Shown here in pieces: positions 17,128 through 25,562 of a stretch of 61,790 nucleotides of DNA (positions are counted from its first letter, which is position 1; each line of letters opens with the position of its first letter). Source of the stretch: Streptosporangiaceae bacterium. GTDB taxonomy: Bacteria; Actinomycetota; Actinomycetes; Streptosporangiales; Streptosporangiaceae. The translations under genes and the position numbers were made by a program. A model generated the notes under the pieces. That model was not told where the DNA came from. It saw only the letters and a list, made by a program, of their open reading frames with translations, and ran no database searches. Location of the stretch: positions 1-61,790 of the forward strand of contig JBAPYC010001315.1 in the NCBI GenBank assembly GCA_049284535.1, in the 5' to 3' direction.

Positions 17128-17718
17128 TCACGGGGCCTTCTGCCTGAGATCGTCGAGGCGACTGAGGGAGCATTCAAGCGCATCGGTGAGCCGCTTACGG
17201 TGACCGGTGGCCAGCAGGTCGAGCACCAGGCCGGTGAACGTCGCCTTGATCAGCGACGCCTCGCGTTCAGCGTCCTCAGGCCTGATGCCGTCGGCGATCA
17301 GGCCGTCGGCGATGCCCTCGCGCCAGAACGAGATCTGCTCCGCACGGACATCACCGGGCAGGCCGCTGACCGTGGCGTCCAGCGTGGCGGCTTCGAGCCC
17401 CAGTCGCACCAGCGCCAAGTGCTCCGGGCTGCGGTTGATCCACCGCCACCAACGCCGCTGCAGCTCCGCCGTGGAGAGGTGAGGTACCTGCCGCCGCCAC
17501 CGCCCTTCGACTCCCCGCTGAATCTCAGCGGCCCGCCGCAACGCGGCGACCACCAGTCCGTCCTTGCTGCCGAAATGATGCACCAGCGCGTTGACCGACA
17601 CACCCAGAGCGCGGGCAACCGGCCGTAGCGACACTCCGGCGACGCCGTTCCGGCCGAGGTAGCGGACCACCTCGTCCAGCAACTCGGCCCGTCGTTCTGG
17701 GTCAGGACGGCGTCCCAT
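17128..17718 (-). CDS. TetR-family transcriptional regulator
   Basis: RRAELLDEVVRYLGRNGVAGVSLRPVARALGVSVNALVHHFGSKDGL (HTH). Its ATG at 17718 overlaps the stop of the upstream dehydrogenase gene by 1 nt. Confidence 0.85.
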   Translation of the reverse strand: MGRRPDPERRAELLDEVVRYLGRNGVAGVSLRPVARALGVSVNALVHHFGSKDGLVVAALRRAAEIQRGVEGRWRRQVPHLSTAELQRRWWRWINRSPEHLALVRLGLEAATLDATVSGLPGDVRAEQISFWREGIADGLIADGIRPEDAEREASLIKATFTGLVLDLLATGHRKRLTDALECSLSRLDDLRQKAP

Positions 17719-20147
17719 CAAACGCGCATGCGATGGCCCGCCGGGTCGAGCACCGGTTCTGGCAGCAGTCTCGCCGGACGGCGCTGGCCGATGATCTCCA
17801 CCTCGAACATCGCGCCGGGCACCGCGAGCTCGCTCGGCACGTAGCCGAACGCTAGCGAGCGGTGGCTGTAATGCGCGTACGCACCGGACGTCACCCAGCC
17901 CACTACCGCCCCGCCGTGCCAGATCGGCTCATCGCCGACGACGTCAGCCGGTTCCGCCGGATCGGGGATGATGTCGAAGTAGCTGAGCGTCCGAGCCGGA
18001 CCGCGCGCCAGCTCCGCCTCCACCGCAGCGCGGCCGATGAAGTCGTGATCGAGCTTGAGCGATCGGTGCATTCGCGCCTCCGCCGGCGTGTAGACCGGAC
18101 GGTACTCGCGCGCCCACGTGCCGAACATCTTCTCCATGCGCAGCGACATCAGCGCCCGGAACCCGAACAGGCCGATGCCGTAGGGCTGCCCGGCCTGCCA
18201 CAGCAGATCGAACAGTGCTCGCTGGTACTCCGGTGCGACCCAGATCTCGTAGCCAAGATCCCCGGTGTAGGTCATCCGGCCGACGTAGGCGGGAATCATC
18301 CCCACGTCGATCCGGCGGAACGTCATGAACGGGTAATTCTCGGTGGCCAAAGATGCGTCGGTGACCGATTGGAGCACGTCGCGGGCGCCCGGACCGGCCA
18401 GCGAGAGGCCCACCAGGGACAAGCCCAGCACGTCGAACCGCACACCATCGGTGAGGTGGCCAGAGAACCAGCGCGAGTGATGCGCCTCGGCGATCTGCGA
18501 GCCGAACAGGAAGAAATCGTCTGTGCCGACCCGCGCCACGGAAAACTCCCCGACGATGTGACCGCTGGAATCCAGGGCGGCGGTGAGGTTGATCCGGCCG
18601 GCTCGCGGCAGCCGGTTGGTGAACAGCCCCTGCAGCCAGTCGGCGCTGCCGGCGCCGGTCACGCGGTACTTGGCGAAGTTGGAGCACTCGGTGAGCCCGA
18701 CGCGTTCGCGCACCATGGCGCATTCTTCCGCGACGACCGGGAAGGCGTTGGAGCGACGGAACATCACGTCCTCGCGCGGCTCCTGCCCGGGCCGCTGAAA
18801 CCACAGGGGATGCTCCAGCCCGAAGCCGGCGCCCCATACCGCGTTGTGGGCAGTGAGCCGGTCGTAGACCGGCGTGGTGTGCAGCGGCCGGCCGGCCGGG
18901 AGCTCCTCGTTGGGGAAGGTGATACGGAACCGGCGGCTGTAGTTCTCCCGCACCTTGGCATTGGTATAGGCGAGGCTCGCCCAGTTGCCGAAGCGGGCCA
19001 CGTCCATCGCCCAGATGTCTTCCCCCGGATCGCCGTCGACCATCCAGCGCGCGAGCGTGAGGCCGACACCGCCGCCCTGCGAAAAACCGGCCATCACCGC
19101 GCAGGCCATCCAGCAGTTGCGCACGCCGGGCACCGGGCCGACCAGCGGATTGCCATCCGGCGCGAAGGTGAACGGCCCATTGATCACGTTCTTGATCCCC
19201 GCCTCCGCCATTGCCGGATAGTGCTTGAAGGCGATCTCCAGGGACGGGGCGATCCGGTCGAGATCGGGGGTCAGCAGCTGCTTGTCGAAGGTCCACGGCG
19301 TCTCGCGCGGTGACCAGGGCACGCACGCCTGCTCGTACGTGCCGAGCAGCATCCCGCCGCCCTCCTGGCGGATGTAGAGCTCGCCGTCGAAGTCCAGTGC
19401 CATCGGCAGCTCGTGTCCGGTGGCCCCGTTATGCTCGGCCACCTCGTCCATGTCTTCGGTGATCAAGTACATGTGCTCCATCGCGAGCACGGGCAGTTCC
19501 AAGCCGATCATCCTGCCCACCTCACGGGCCCACAGCCCGCCGGCGTTGACGATGTGCTCGGCGTGGATCTCGCCGGAGTCGGTGATGACGTCCCACGTGC
19601 CGTCGGGGCGCTGGCGAAGGTCGCTCACCCAGGCGTGCTGGTAGATCTCGGCGCCGGTCTGCCGCGCGCAGCCGGCGTAGGCCCGGGTGACCCCGGTCGG
19701 GTCGACGTGACCCTCGGCCGGGTCGAAGAGCGCGCCGATGAAGTAGCGCTCCTCCAGCAGCGGGAACATCCGCTTGGCCTCGGCCGCCGAGATGATCTCC
19801 ATATCCATGCCCAGATAGCGGCCGCGAGCCTGGGCCATCCGCAGCCAGTCCATCCGTTCCCGGTCGCCGGCCAGCATCAGCCCGCCCGGCATGTGGATGG
19901 AGCAGTTCTGGCCGGAACGCTCCTCGATCTTGCGATAAAGCTCGACGGTGTACTGCTGCAGTTTCGCGACATTAGGGTCACCGTTGAGCGTGTGCATGCC
20001 GCCCGCGGCGTGCCAGGTCGAGCCGGCGGTGAGCTCCTTGCGCTCGACGAGCACGACATCCGTCCAGCCCAGTTCGGTGAGGTGGTAGAGGACCGAGGCG
20101 CCGATCACGCCACCGCCGATGACGACTACCTGCGCGGAAGATTTCAT
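17718..20147 (-). CDS. Dimethylglycine/sarcosine dehydrogenase-like flavoprotein (DAO domain plus GcvT aminomethyltransferase-like C-terminal domain)
   Basis: 809 aa. QVVVIGGGVIGASVLYHLTELG. The C-terminal half carries GcvT-like folate-binding features (GYEIWVAPEY...). Confidence 0.8.
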   Translation of the reverse strand: MKSSAQVVVIGGGVIGASVLYHLTELGWTDVVLVERKELTAGSTWHAAGGMHTLNGDPNVAKLQQYTVELYRKIEERSGQNCSIHMPGGLMLAGDRERMDWLRMAQARGRYLGMDMEIISAAEAKRMFPLLEERYFIGALFDPAEGHVDPTGVTRAYAGCARQTGAEIYQHAWVSDLRQRPDGTWDVITDSGEIHAEHIVNAGGLWAREVGRMIGLELPVLAMEHMYLITEDMDEVAEHNGATGHELPMALDFDGELYIRQEGGGMLLGTYEQACVPWSPRETPWTFDKQLLTPDLDRIAPSLEIAFKHYPAMAEAGIKNVINGPFTFAPDGNPLVGPVPGVRNCWMACAVMAGFSQGGGVGLTLARWMVDGDPGEDIWAMDVARFGNWASLAYTNAKVRENYSRRFRITFPNEELPAGRPLHTTPVYDRLTAHNAVWGAGFGLEHPLWFQRPGQEPREDVMFRRSNAFPVVAEECAMVRERVGLTECSNFAKYRVTGAGSADWLQGLFTNRLPRAGRINLTAALDSSGHIVGEFSVARVGTDDFFLFGSQIAEAHHSRWFSGHLTDGVRFDVLGLSLVGLSLAGPGARDVLQSVTDASLATENYPFMTFRRIDVGMIPAYVGRMTYTGDLGYEIWVAPEYQRALFDLLWQAGQPYGIGLFGFRALMSLRMEKMFGTWAREYRPVYTPAEARMHRSLKLDHDFIGRAAVEAELARGPARTLSYFDIIPDPAEPADVVGDEPIWHGGAVVGWVTSGAYAHYSHRSLAFGYVPSELAVPGAMFEVEIIGQRRPARLLPEPVLDPAGHRMRV

Positions 20148-20216
20148 CGAGGCATCCCTACGTCGCTATTTTCCCGGTACAGTCGTTCCGACTATAAGAC
20201 CTTGGAGGTGTCGTGC

Positions 20217-21251
20217 ATGGGTAGGCTTCTCGATCGGCTCGCGGCCGGACCGGTGATTTGCGCCGAGGGATATTTGTTCGAGTTCGAGCGCCGCGGTTAC
20301 CTGCAGGCCGGCGCGTTCGTCCCTGAGGTGGTCCTCGAGGAGCCCGATATGGTAGCCGGGCTGCACCGGGAATACGTGCATGCCGGATCGGACGTGGTTG
20401 AGGCCTTCACCTACTACGCCCACCGCGAGAAACTGGCGGTGATCGGCCGCGAGGGTGACCTCGAGCCGATCAACCGGCAGGCGCTGCGTATCGCCGAGGA
20501 GGTCGGCGCCGAGCACGACTCCCTGGTGGCCGGCAACATCTGCAACACCAACGTCTACGACCCGGACGATCCCGCGACGCATAAGGTCGTCCGCGACATG
20601 TTCGCCGAGCAGGTCGGGTGGGCCGCCGAGGCTGGCGTCGACTTCGTTATCGCTGAGACCATCGACTATCCCGGCGAGGCACTGCTGGCGCTGGAAGCGA
20701 TCAAGGCGCACGGCCTCGATGCGGTGGTCACGCTCACCATTCATCGCCAGCCCATCGTCCGCGGCGGCGAACCGATCGGCGAGGCATGCCGTCGCCTGCA
20801 AGACGCCGGGGCGGATGTGGTCGGGCTGAACTGCATCCGCGGGCTCGCCACCATGCTGCCGCTACTCGGTGAAATCCGCGCCGCGTGCGACGGCTACATC
20901 GCCGCCCTGCCGGTGCCGTACCGCACGACAGAAGCCGAGCCGACGTTCCAGTCGCTCACCGACCCAGGTCACGAACTGCCCCCGAATGGGCGGCCATTCC
21001 CGACCGCACTAGACCCGTTCCTAGCGACCCGCTACGAGGTAGGCGCGTTCACGACGGCGGCGGCTGCGCTCGGAGTCAACTACCTCGGCATCTGCTGCGG
21101 CTGCGCACCCCACCACGTCCGCGCGATGGCCGAGGCACTCGGCCGCACGCCGCCGGCGAGCCGGTTCAGCGCCGATATGAGCCGGCACGCCTACTACGGC
21201 ACCAGCGAACGGATCAGTCGGCATTACCAGGAGTACGCCAAAGAGCTCTAG
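20217..21251 (+). CDS. Homocysteine S-methyltransferase family protein (betaine-homocysteine methyltransferase-like)
   Basis: MGRLLDRLAAGPVICAEGYLFEFERRGYLQAGAFVPEVVLEEPDMVAGLHREYVHAGSDVVEAFTYYAHREKL...GVNYLGICCGCAPHH. GGAGG lies 9 nt upstream of ATG 20217. The N-terminal 268 aa of track ORF 19413.. are antisense to the dehydrogenase gene. Confidence 0.8.
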   Translation: MGRLLDRLAAGPVICAEGYLFEFERRGYLQAGAFVPEVVLEEPDMVAGLHREYVHAGSDVVEAFTYYAHREKLAVIGREGDLEPINRQALRIAEEVGAEHDSLVAGNICNTNVYDPDDPATHKVVRDMFAEQVGWAAEAGVDFVIAETIDYPGEALLALEAIKAHGLDAVVTLTIHRQPIVRGGEPIGEACRRLQDAGADVVGLNCIRGLATMLPLLGEIRAACDGYIAALPVPYRTTEAEPTFQSLTDPGHELPPNGRPFPTALDPFLATRYEVGAFTTAAAALGVNYLGICCGCAPHHVRAMAEALGRTPPASRFSADMSRHAYYGTSERISRHYQEYAKEL

Positions 21252-21280
21252 GAACCCGGCGGACAACGCGACGCTCCGGT

Positions 21281-21317
21281 ATTCGGCGGGGCGCCTCTCC
21301 GGGGGCCCCCGCCGAAT
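21281..21317 (+). terminator. Hairpin downstream of the methyltransferase gene
   Basis: attcggcgggg (21281..21291) pairs with ccccgccgaat (21307..21317), an 11-bp perfect stem 30 nt after the stop codon. Confidence 0.45.
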
Positions 21318-21512
21318 CGCCGGCCGCGACCAGCCGGAGCATCCGGGTTTGATCAGTAGCCGACGTTAGGCAGTGTGCTCCCTGTCAGACGCCACGCGCT
21401 GCGGGTTGCGCAGCTCGCCGACCGAGTAGTGGCAGCGCGCCACCCTGGCGACTCACTGGGCCTGCTCCTGGCGAACCTGGACGCAGGTGACACAGACGGA
21501 AGGGCCATCGGG

Positions 21513-22271
21513 TTACGCCGTGCCCAGCATCCATCCCGCGCCGGTGCGGTGCGGGTTCCGGCCCGGGTCGGCCGCCGACGGGCACGGGACCCCGGCGTCG
21601 TTAAGCGCCCGGGCGATCCGCGCCACCGAATGCCCGGCCAGCCGCCGGGCGAAGATCCACCGGACGATATGCGCGGTCTCCGGGTCGGGCTCCAGACGGC
21701 GGGCACGGCGGCCCCAGGCCGCGTGGGCCTTGTTCGGGTGCGGCCCGGCATCACCCAGCCGGTACCCCTACGGCGGGCGGCCGCCCAGGTACCGGCCCTG
21801 CTCCCGCACCTGGACCGCCATCGCGGTCCGCACCCGGATGCTGGTCCGGGCCACCTCCCGCTTCGACGACAGGCCAAGGTAGGTCATGGCCTGCTCGTCA
21901 TGCTCGGACGTGAAATCGACCCGGCCGCCCGCCTCTGGCATCCACAATCCGACGCCGTAATGCTCGAACATCGGCGCCATCGCCGCGTACTGGCTGCCGT
22001 AGAACGCCCGCTCGTATTCCCCGATCACGATCGCGTCCCATCCCCGGCCGGGATCGGCCAGCTGGGCGACGAGAGCGGCGGCTTCCGGGCGCCGGCCCCA
22101 CGCCACTGTGCGGCTCTGCCCGGCGTCGAAGAACGCCGCCACGATCACCCCGTGTCCCCGGACCAGCGCCTCGGCCTGCTCCCGCTGCCGCGCCCGCGAC
22201 GTCACCGGATCCTGCCAGTCCTCCGTCGACACCCGCCCATAGAACACGAACCGCAACCCGCCCCGCATCGG
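21513..22271 (-). pseudogene. Large serine recombinase, N-terminal half only, with an in-frame TAG
   Basis: GGLRFVFYGRVSTEDWQD (catalytic Ser motif)...GRYLGGRPP-TAG-GYRLGDAGPHPNKAHAAWGRRARRLEPDPETAHIVRWIFARRLAGHSVARIARALNDAGVPCPSAADPGRNPHRTGAGWMLGTA-stop. The TAG at 21768..21770 sits where family members have Tyr (PPYGYRL). The frame ends at 21513, with the recombinase C-terminal domains missing. Confidence 0.8.
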
Positions 22272-22566
22272 TCCCCCGGCCCGGCGGCCCGACTCCTCCG
22301 CCCATGCCGCTAGGCCACCCGCATCCGCGGGCCGGACAGCTCCTCGTCTTCCCTCACGCACCGCCGCCATGGCAGCCACCTCCTCAGGTCAACTCCACAC
22401 GACCTACCTGGCATCAGCCACCACAGACCGTCTGATTTCCCTCAGATCCCACCCTGCTGGCGCACACCCGTACCACGCGGTTAAGTACCAGCACTGCAAC
22501 CGGCGTGGGCTGGGGGCCGCTGGTTTCGGCGCCCACCGCCGGGCGGAGGGGCACTTGTGTCGGTAG

Positions 22567-22749
22567 CAGTATGAAGCGCTGCAGGAGGCCGCCGAGCGGC
22601 AGCACGCGGTCGCGGCGGCGCTGGCATCGGTGCGGGCCGAGGGCCTGCAGCCAGGTGCGGAGCACCTGGCGCTGTTCGCCGAGGTAGCGGCCGGACGGCT
22701 GGCCGCCGACGAGCTACGGTAGCGGGTCCTGTCCCGCTACCGCAGGTGA
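22567..22749 (+). pseudogene. VbhA-type antitoxin (Fic-inhibitory) with an in-frame stop
   Basis: My translation: QYEALQEAAERQHAVAAALASVRAEGLQPGAEHLALFAEVAAGRLAADELR-TAG-RVLSRYRR. It has no start codon and an internal TAG at 22720. Confidence 0.5.
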
Positions 22750-22755
22750 GCCCCG

Positions 22756-22845
22756 ATGGCCGGCGCCCCGTGCCTGGATCCGGCCAGCGGGGCGCCGCGC
22801 AACCTGCTGGGCACCACAGACGCCGCCGAGCTGCCGTGCCCGTGA
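22756..22845 (+). pseudogene. Fic/DOC-family toxin, N-terminal 29 codons only
   Basis: MAGAPCLDPASGAPRNLLGTTDAAELPCP-stop resembles the Y-x-D-P-x-T-G-V-L-R-N-x-L-G-I-x-D N-terminus of Fic proteins that follow VbhA antitoxins. Confidence 0.4.
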
Positions 22846-22860
22846 GGTGACTGGACCCTG

Positions 22861-22915
22861 CTAATCCTCGGTCGGCACCCGCCCATGGAACGCGAACCGC
22901 AGCCCGCCCTGGCAT
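22861..22915 (-). pseudogene. Second serine-recombinase N-terminal stub
   Basis: GGLRFAFHGRVPTED-stop duplicates the GGLRFVFYGRVSTED motif of 21513..22271, with the catalytic Ser replaced by Pro. Confidence 0.5.
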
Positions 22916-23059
22916 GGCTCCGGGACTCGGCAGCGTCCCAAATGCCGATGTTCGCACTCGGCCCGGGACCGCTGTTGGAACCGGGCGCCGTCACCATGGC
23001 AGGTCGTTCCCGCTGTCCCGGGATGGAAGCCACCGTGACCACGCTTCGCAGTTCTCACA

Positions 23060-23455
23060 TTGATCGTAGTGAAAACATTTGCCCAGCCAGTCTCACCGTC
23101 CTGGTATCCGCCGCGTGGGCGGCTGATTGCTCTTACGCTTGCCGTCGTGAAAGAGCTGAGCGGGGCGGAGCTGGACGAGCTAATCGCCGAGGCTACGGTG
23201 GACTGCTACGGCGAGGAAGAGCAGCTGACCGGGCTGGCCGCCATGATCGCGGACAACCTGGCCGTGCCGTTCGAGACGACGGTCCTCGGACTGACGGTGA
23301 CCGTGCCGGCAATCGACCAGGCCGACTCCGGCATCGTCGCAATCTGCGTCCGCGGCAAGCACCGGCAGGCCATTTCCGTTCTTGACCTGCCGCTGCCAGA
23401 TCCGCCTCCCCCTGGGGCCGAGTGGATCGCCGCCTATCGCCGCTGGGCACGGTAA
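23060..23455 (+). CDS. Conserved hypothetical protein (unknown function)
   Basis: ...ELDELIAEATVDCYGEEEQLTGLAAMIADNLAVPFETTVLGLTVTVPAIDQADSGIVAICVRGKHRQAISVLDLPLPDPPPPGAEWIAAYRRWA. The real start may be an internal GTG (VKELSGAE, about 23147). 13 nt upstream of the next gene. Confidence 0.55.
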   Translation: MIVVKTFAQPVSPSWYPPRGRLIALTLAVVKELSGAELDELIAEATVDCYGEEEQLTGLAAMIADNLAVPFETTVLGLTVTVPAIDQADSGIVAICVRGKHRQAISVLDLPLPDPPPPGAEWIAAYRRWAR

Positions 23456-23468
23456 GGGGGCCGCAAGG

Positions 23469-24596
23469 ATGAGCGAGTACCAGTACTACGAGTTCCTCGC
23501 GCTGGACCGCCCGCTGACCGAGAAACAGCGCGCTGAGCTGCGGTCGATCTCGACCCGGGCGGAGATTACGGCCACGAGGTTCGTCAACGAGTACCAGTGG
23601 GGTGATCTCAAGGGCGACCCGCAGGCGATGGTGGAGCGCTACTTCGACGCGTTCTTGTACCTGGCGAACTGGGGGACGCGGCGGCTGATGTTCCGGCTGC
23701 CGCGCGGGGTGCTGGATGCGGAGGCGGCGGGGCTGTGCTGCTACACCGACGCCGCGTCCGTCATCGAGACCGATGATCACCTGATTGTCAGCCTGTACGC
23801 CGATCGCGACCCGGATGATGACTGGGTGGAGCCGGGCGGCCAGCTCACGGCCATGGTCCAGGCGCGTTCGGAGCTGGCCGCCGGGGACCTGCGGCTGCTC
23901 TACCTGGGCTGGCTGCTGGCCGTTCAGTCCGATGAGGTGGATGACGAGGACACCGAGCCGCCGGTGCCGTCCGGCCTGCAGGACCTGAGCGCGCCGCTTC
24001 AGGCGATCGCCGATTTCCTGGAGATCGATGAGGACCTGATCGCCGTGGCGGCGGCCGCCAGTCCCGCGCCTCGCGACGATACGGGGCTGGCCGGGTGGGT
24101 CGCGTCTCTCCCGGCAGGGCAGAAGGACGCGCTGCTCACCCGGGTCGCCTCCGGTGAGGGCGGGCAAGTCCAGGCGCTGCTGCTGCGCCGTTTCCGTGCC
24201 GCTGGCGGCCGGGGGCTGGCTGCGCCCGGCCGGACGGCCGCCGAGCTGTGGCAGGCAGCCGGTGACCGCAAGGCCGCGCGGGATAAGGCCGAGAAACGGC
24301 GCCGGCGCGAGGAGCAGGCCCGTGAGGACGCCGCCAGGACTGCCGCCTACGCCAGGCACCTTGACCAGCTCGCCACCCGGACCGAGGAAGCCTGGCGGGA
24401 GGCCGCCGCGCTGATCGAGACCAAACGGCCGGGCGACTATGACCAGGCGGTGACGCTGCTGAGGGACCTGCGGGCGCTCGCCGGCCGGCAGGGTGACCTG
24501 GCCGTGTTCACCGGACGGTTCGGCGAACTTCGCACCCGCCACCAGCGCAAGCCCAGCTTGCTGGAGCGGTTCGACAGGGCGGGGCTGTCCCCGTGA
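23469..24596 (+). CDS. Conserved hypothetical protein (unknown function; acidic middle, Arg/Glu-rich coiled region, helical C-terminus)
   Basis: MSEYQYYEFLALDRPLTEKQRAELRSISTRAEITATRFVNEYQWGDLKGDPQAMVERYFDAFLYLANWGTRRLMFRLP... AAGGGGG RBS-like run upstream of ATG 23469. Confidence 0.65.
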   Translation: MSEYQYYEFLALDRPLTEKQRAELRSISTRAEITATRFVNEYQWGDLKGDPQAMVERYFDAFLYLANWGTRRLMFRLPRGVLDAEAAGLCCYTDAASVIETDDHLIVSLYADRDPDDDWVEPGGQLTAMVQARSELAAGDLRLLYLGWLLAVQSDEVDDEDTEPPVPSGLQDLSAPLQAIADFLEIDEDLIAVAAAASPAPRDDTGLAGWVASLPAGQKDALLTRVASGEGGQVQALLLRRFRAAGGRGLAAPGRTAAELWQAAGDRKAARDKAEKRRRREEQAREDAARTAAYARHLDQLATRTEEAWREAAALIETKRPGDYDQAVTLLRDLRALAGRQGDLAVFTGRFGELRTRHQRKPSLLERFDRAGLSP

Positions 24597-24991
24597 CCCG
24601 ACCAGCTCGCCGCAACCGGGATAACCGGGCTGCCTAGCGGCTTTGTCAGCGGCCGGTTGGTCGCCTATGCAGGACGTTTCCATGACGAACGGCCGTCGGG
24701 AACCCGCCAGCTCGGCCCCTGGCTGGCCGCGGTGTTGTAGGCGTATGAGCCCATCCGTTCCGGGTCGGTCTCGCCTGCGGTCCGCTGATGCACAGAAGAA
24801 GGGGACAAGTATCCGGATTGCTGATTCCGCAGAACGACCGCGGAACCCGAACGCCCGGGTATATATAGCACTGCTGTGACCGCGGTAACGCGGGCCTGGC
24901 ATTCCCGTCTCGGCTATGTTCCGTATCTCGGCAGGCAGGCGGGGCTTCAGCAGAAAACCTCAACATCCTTAACTTCATGTAGCCTGTAGGT

Positions 24992-25273
24992 ATGCGCGAG
25001 ATGGGCATCCAGGAAGCCAGGCCCGTGCTCGGCGATCTGGTCAGAGACGCCCAGCGGCACGGGATCGAGACCCGGCTCACCCGTAACGGCCGCCCGGCCG
25101 CGATGATCGCCCGGCTGTCCGGCATCGAGGTCAGCGCAGCGGAATGCGAGAAGGCCCTGGCCCGCTATGCGGACGATCCCGGCATGATGCTGACGGGCGC
25201 GGAGCAGGAGGCGGTCAGGATGGTGCGGGCGGTGCTCACCAGGATCGCGGATGAGGAACGCGATGCCCGCTGA
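24992..25273 (+). CDS. Phd/YefM-like type II antitoxin-family protein
   Basis: MREMGIQEARPVLGDLVRDAQRHGIETRLTRNGRPAAMIARL matches the EAR-x-x-L-x(n)-ITR-x-G-x-P-x-A-x-[IL] N-terminal pattern. Confidence 0.6.
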   Translation: MREMGIQEARPVLGDLVRDAQRHGIETRLTRNGRPAAMIARLSGIEVSAAECEKALARYADDPGMMLTGAEQEAVRMVRAVLTRIADEERDAR

Positions 25274-25562
25274 AGCCCGGCGCGCCGCGAGCGCATTCCG
25301 GGCAGTCGTCACACGCCTCCGCGGGCGGCGGACAGGTGAAGGCCGCGCGGCAACGGATGCGGGACCAGAAGCGGCGCGGATCCAGGCTGCTCTGGACATG
25401 CACGAGCTCGGTGTCCGGCTGTACCGGCAGCGGATGCACCGCGAGCATCCGCGCGCACAGCGGCGCGAGATCGACGGCATGGTGCGGGCATGGCTGGCTG
25501 AGCCCCCGCGCAGCGGGCACCTCCGCCTGCCCTCCAGAGAACGAGACCGTGGCATCCGCTGA
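25263..25562 (+). CDS. Small helical hypothetical protein preceding a nucleotidyltransferase
   Basis: MPAEARRAASAFRAVV...AARIQAALDMHELGVRLYRQRMHREHPRAQRREIDGMVRAWLAEPP. It overlaps both neighbouring genes (11 nt and 14 nt). Confidence 0.5.
   Translation: MPAEARRAASAFRAVVTRLRGRRTGEGRAATDAGPEAARIQAALDMHELGVRLYRQRMHREHPRAQRREIDGMVRAWLAEPPRSGHLRLPSRERDRGIR

Noticed and set aside
17862-19326. 483-aa + and 460-aa - ORFs inside the dehydrogenase gene
   Set aside because: They are off-frame or antisense to the 809-aa DMGDH-like ORF, which has clear FAD and GcvT-type motifs.
19413-20216. N-terminal 268 aa of the 612-aa track ORF 19413..21251
   Set aside because: This part is antisense to the dehydrogenase gene. 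The methyltransferase homology begins at the internal ATG 20217, which has a GGAGG RBS.
22481-23058. Minus-strand ORFs of 158 aa, 101 aa and 65 aa
   Set aside because: Apart from the 15-codon recombinase-like stub at their 3' end, these are Pro/Arg/Ala-rich frames across the VbhA/Fic debris and have no coherent homology.
23193-24902. 569-aa minus-strand ORF
   Set aside because: It is antisense to the two + strand conserved hypotheticals, is Arg/Pro/Gly-rich and has no motifs.
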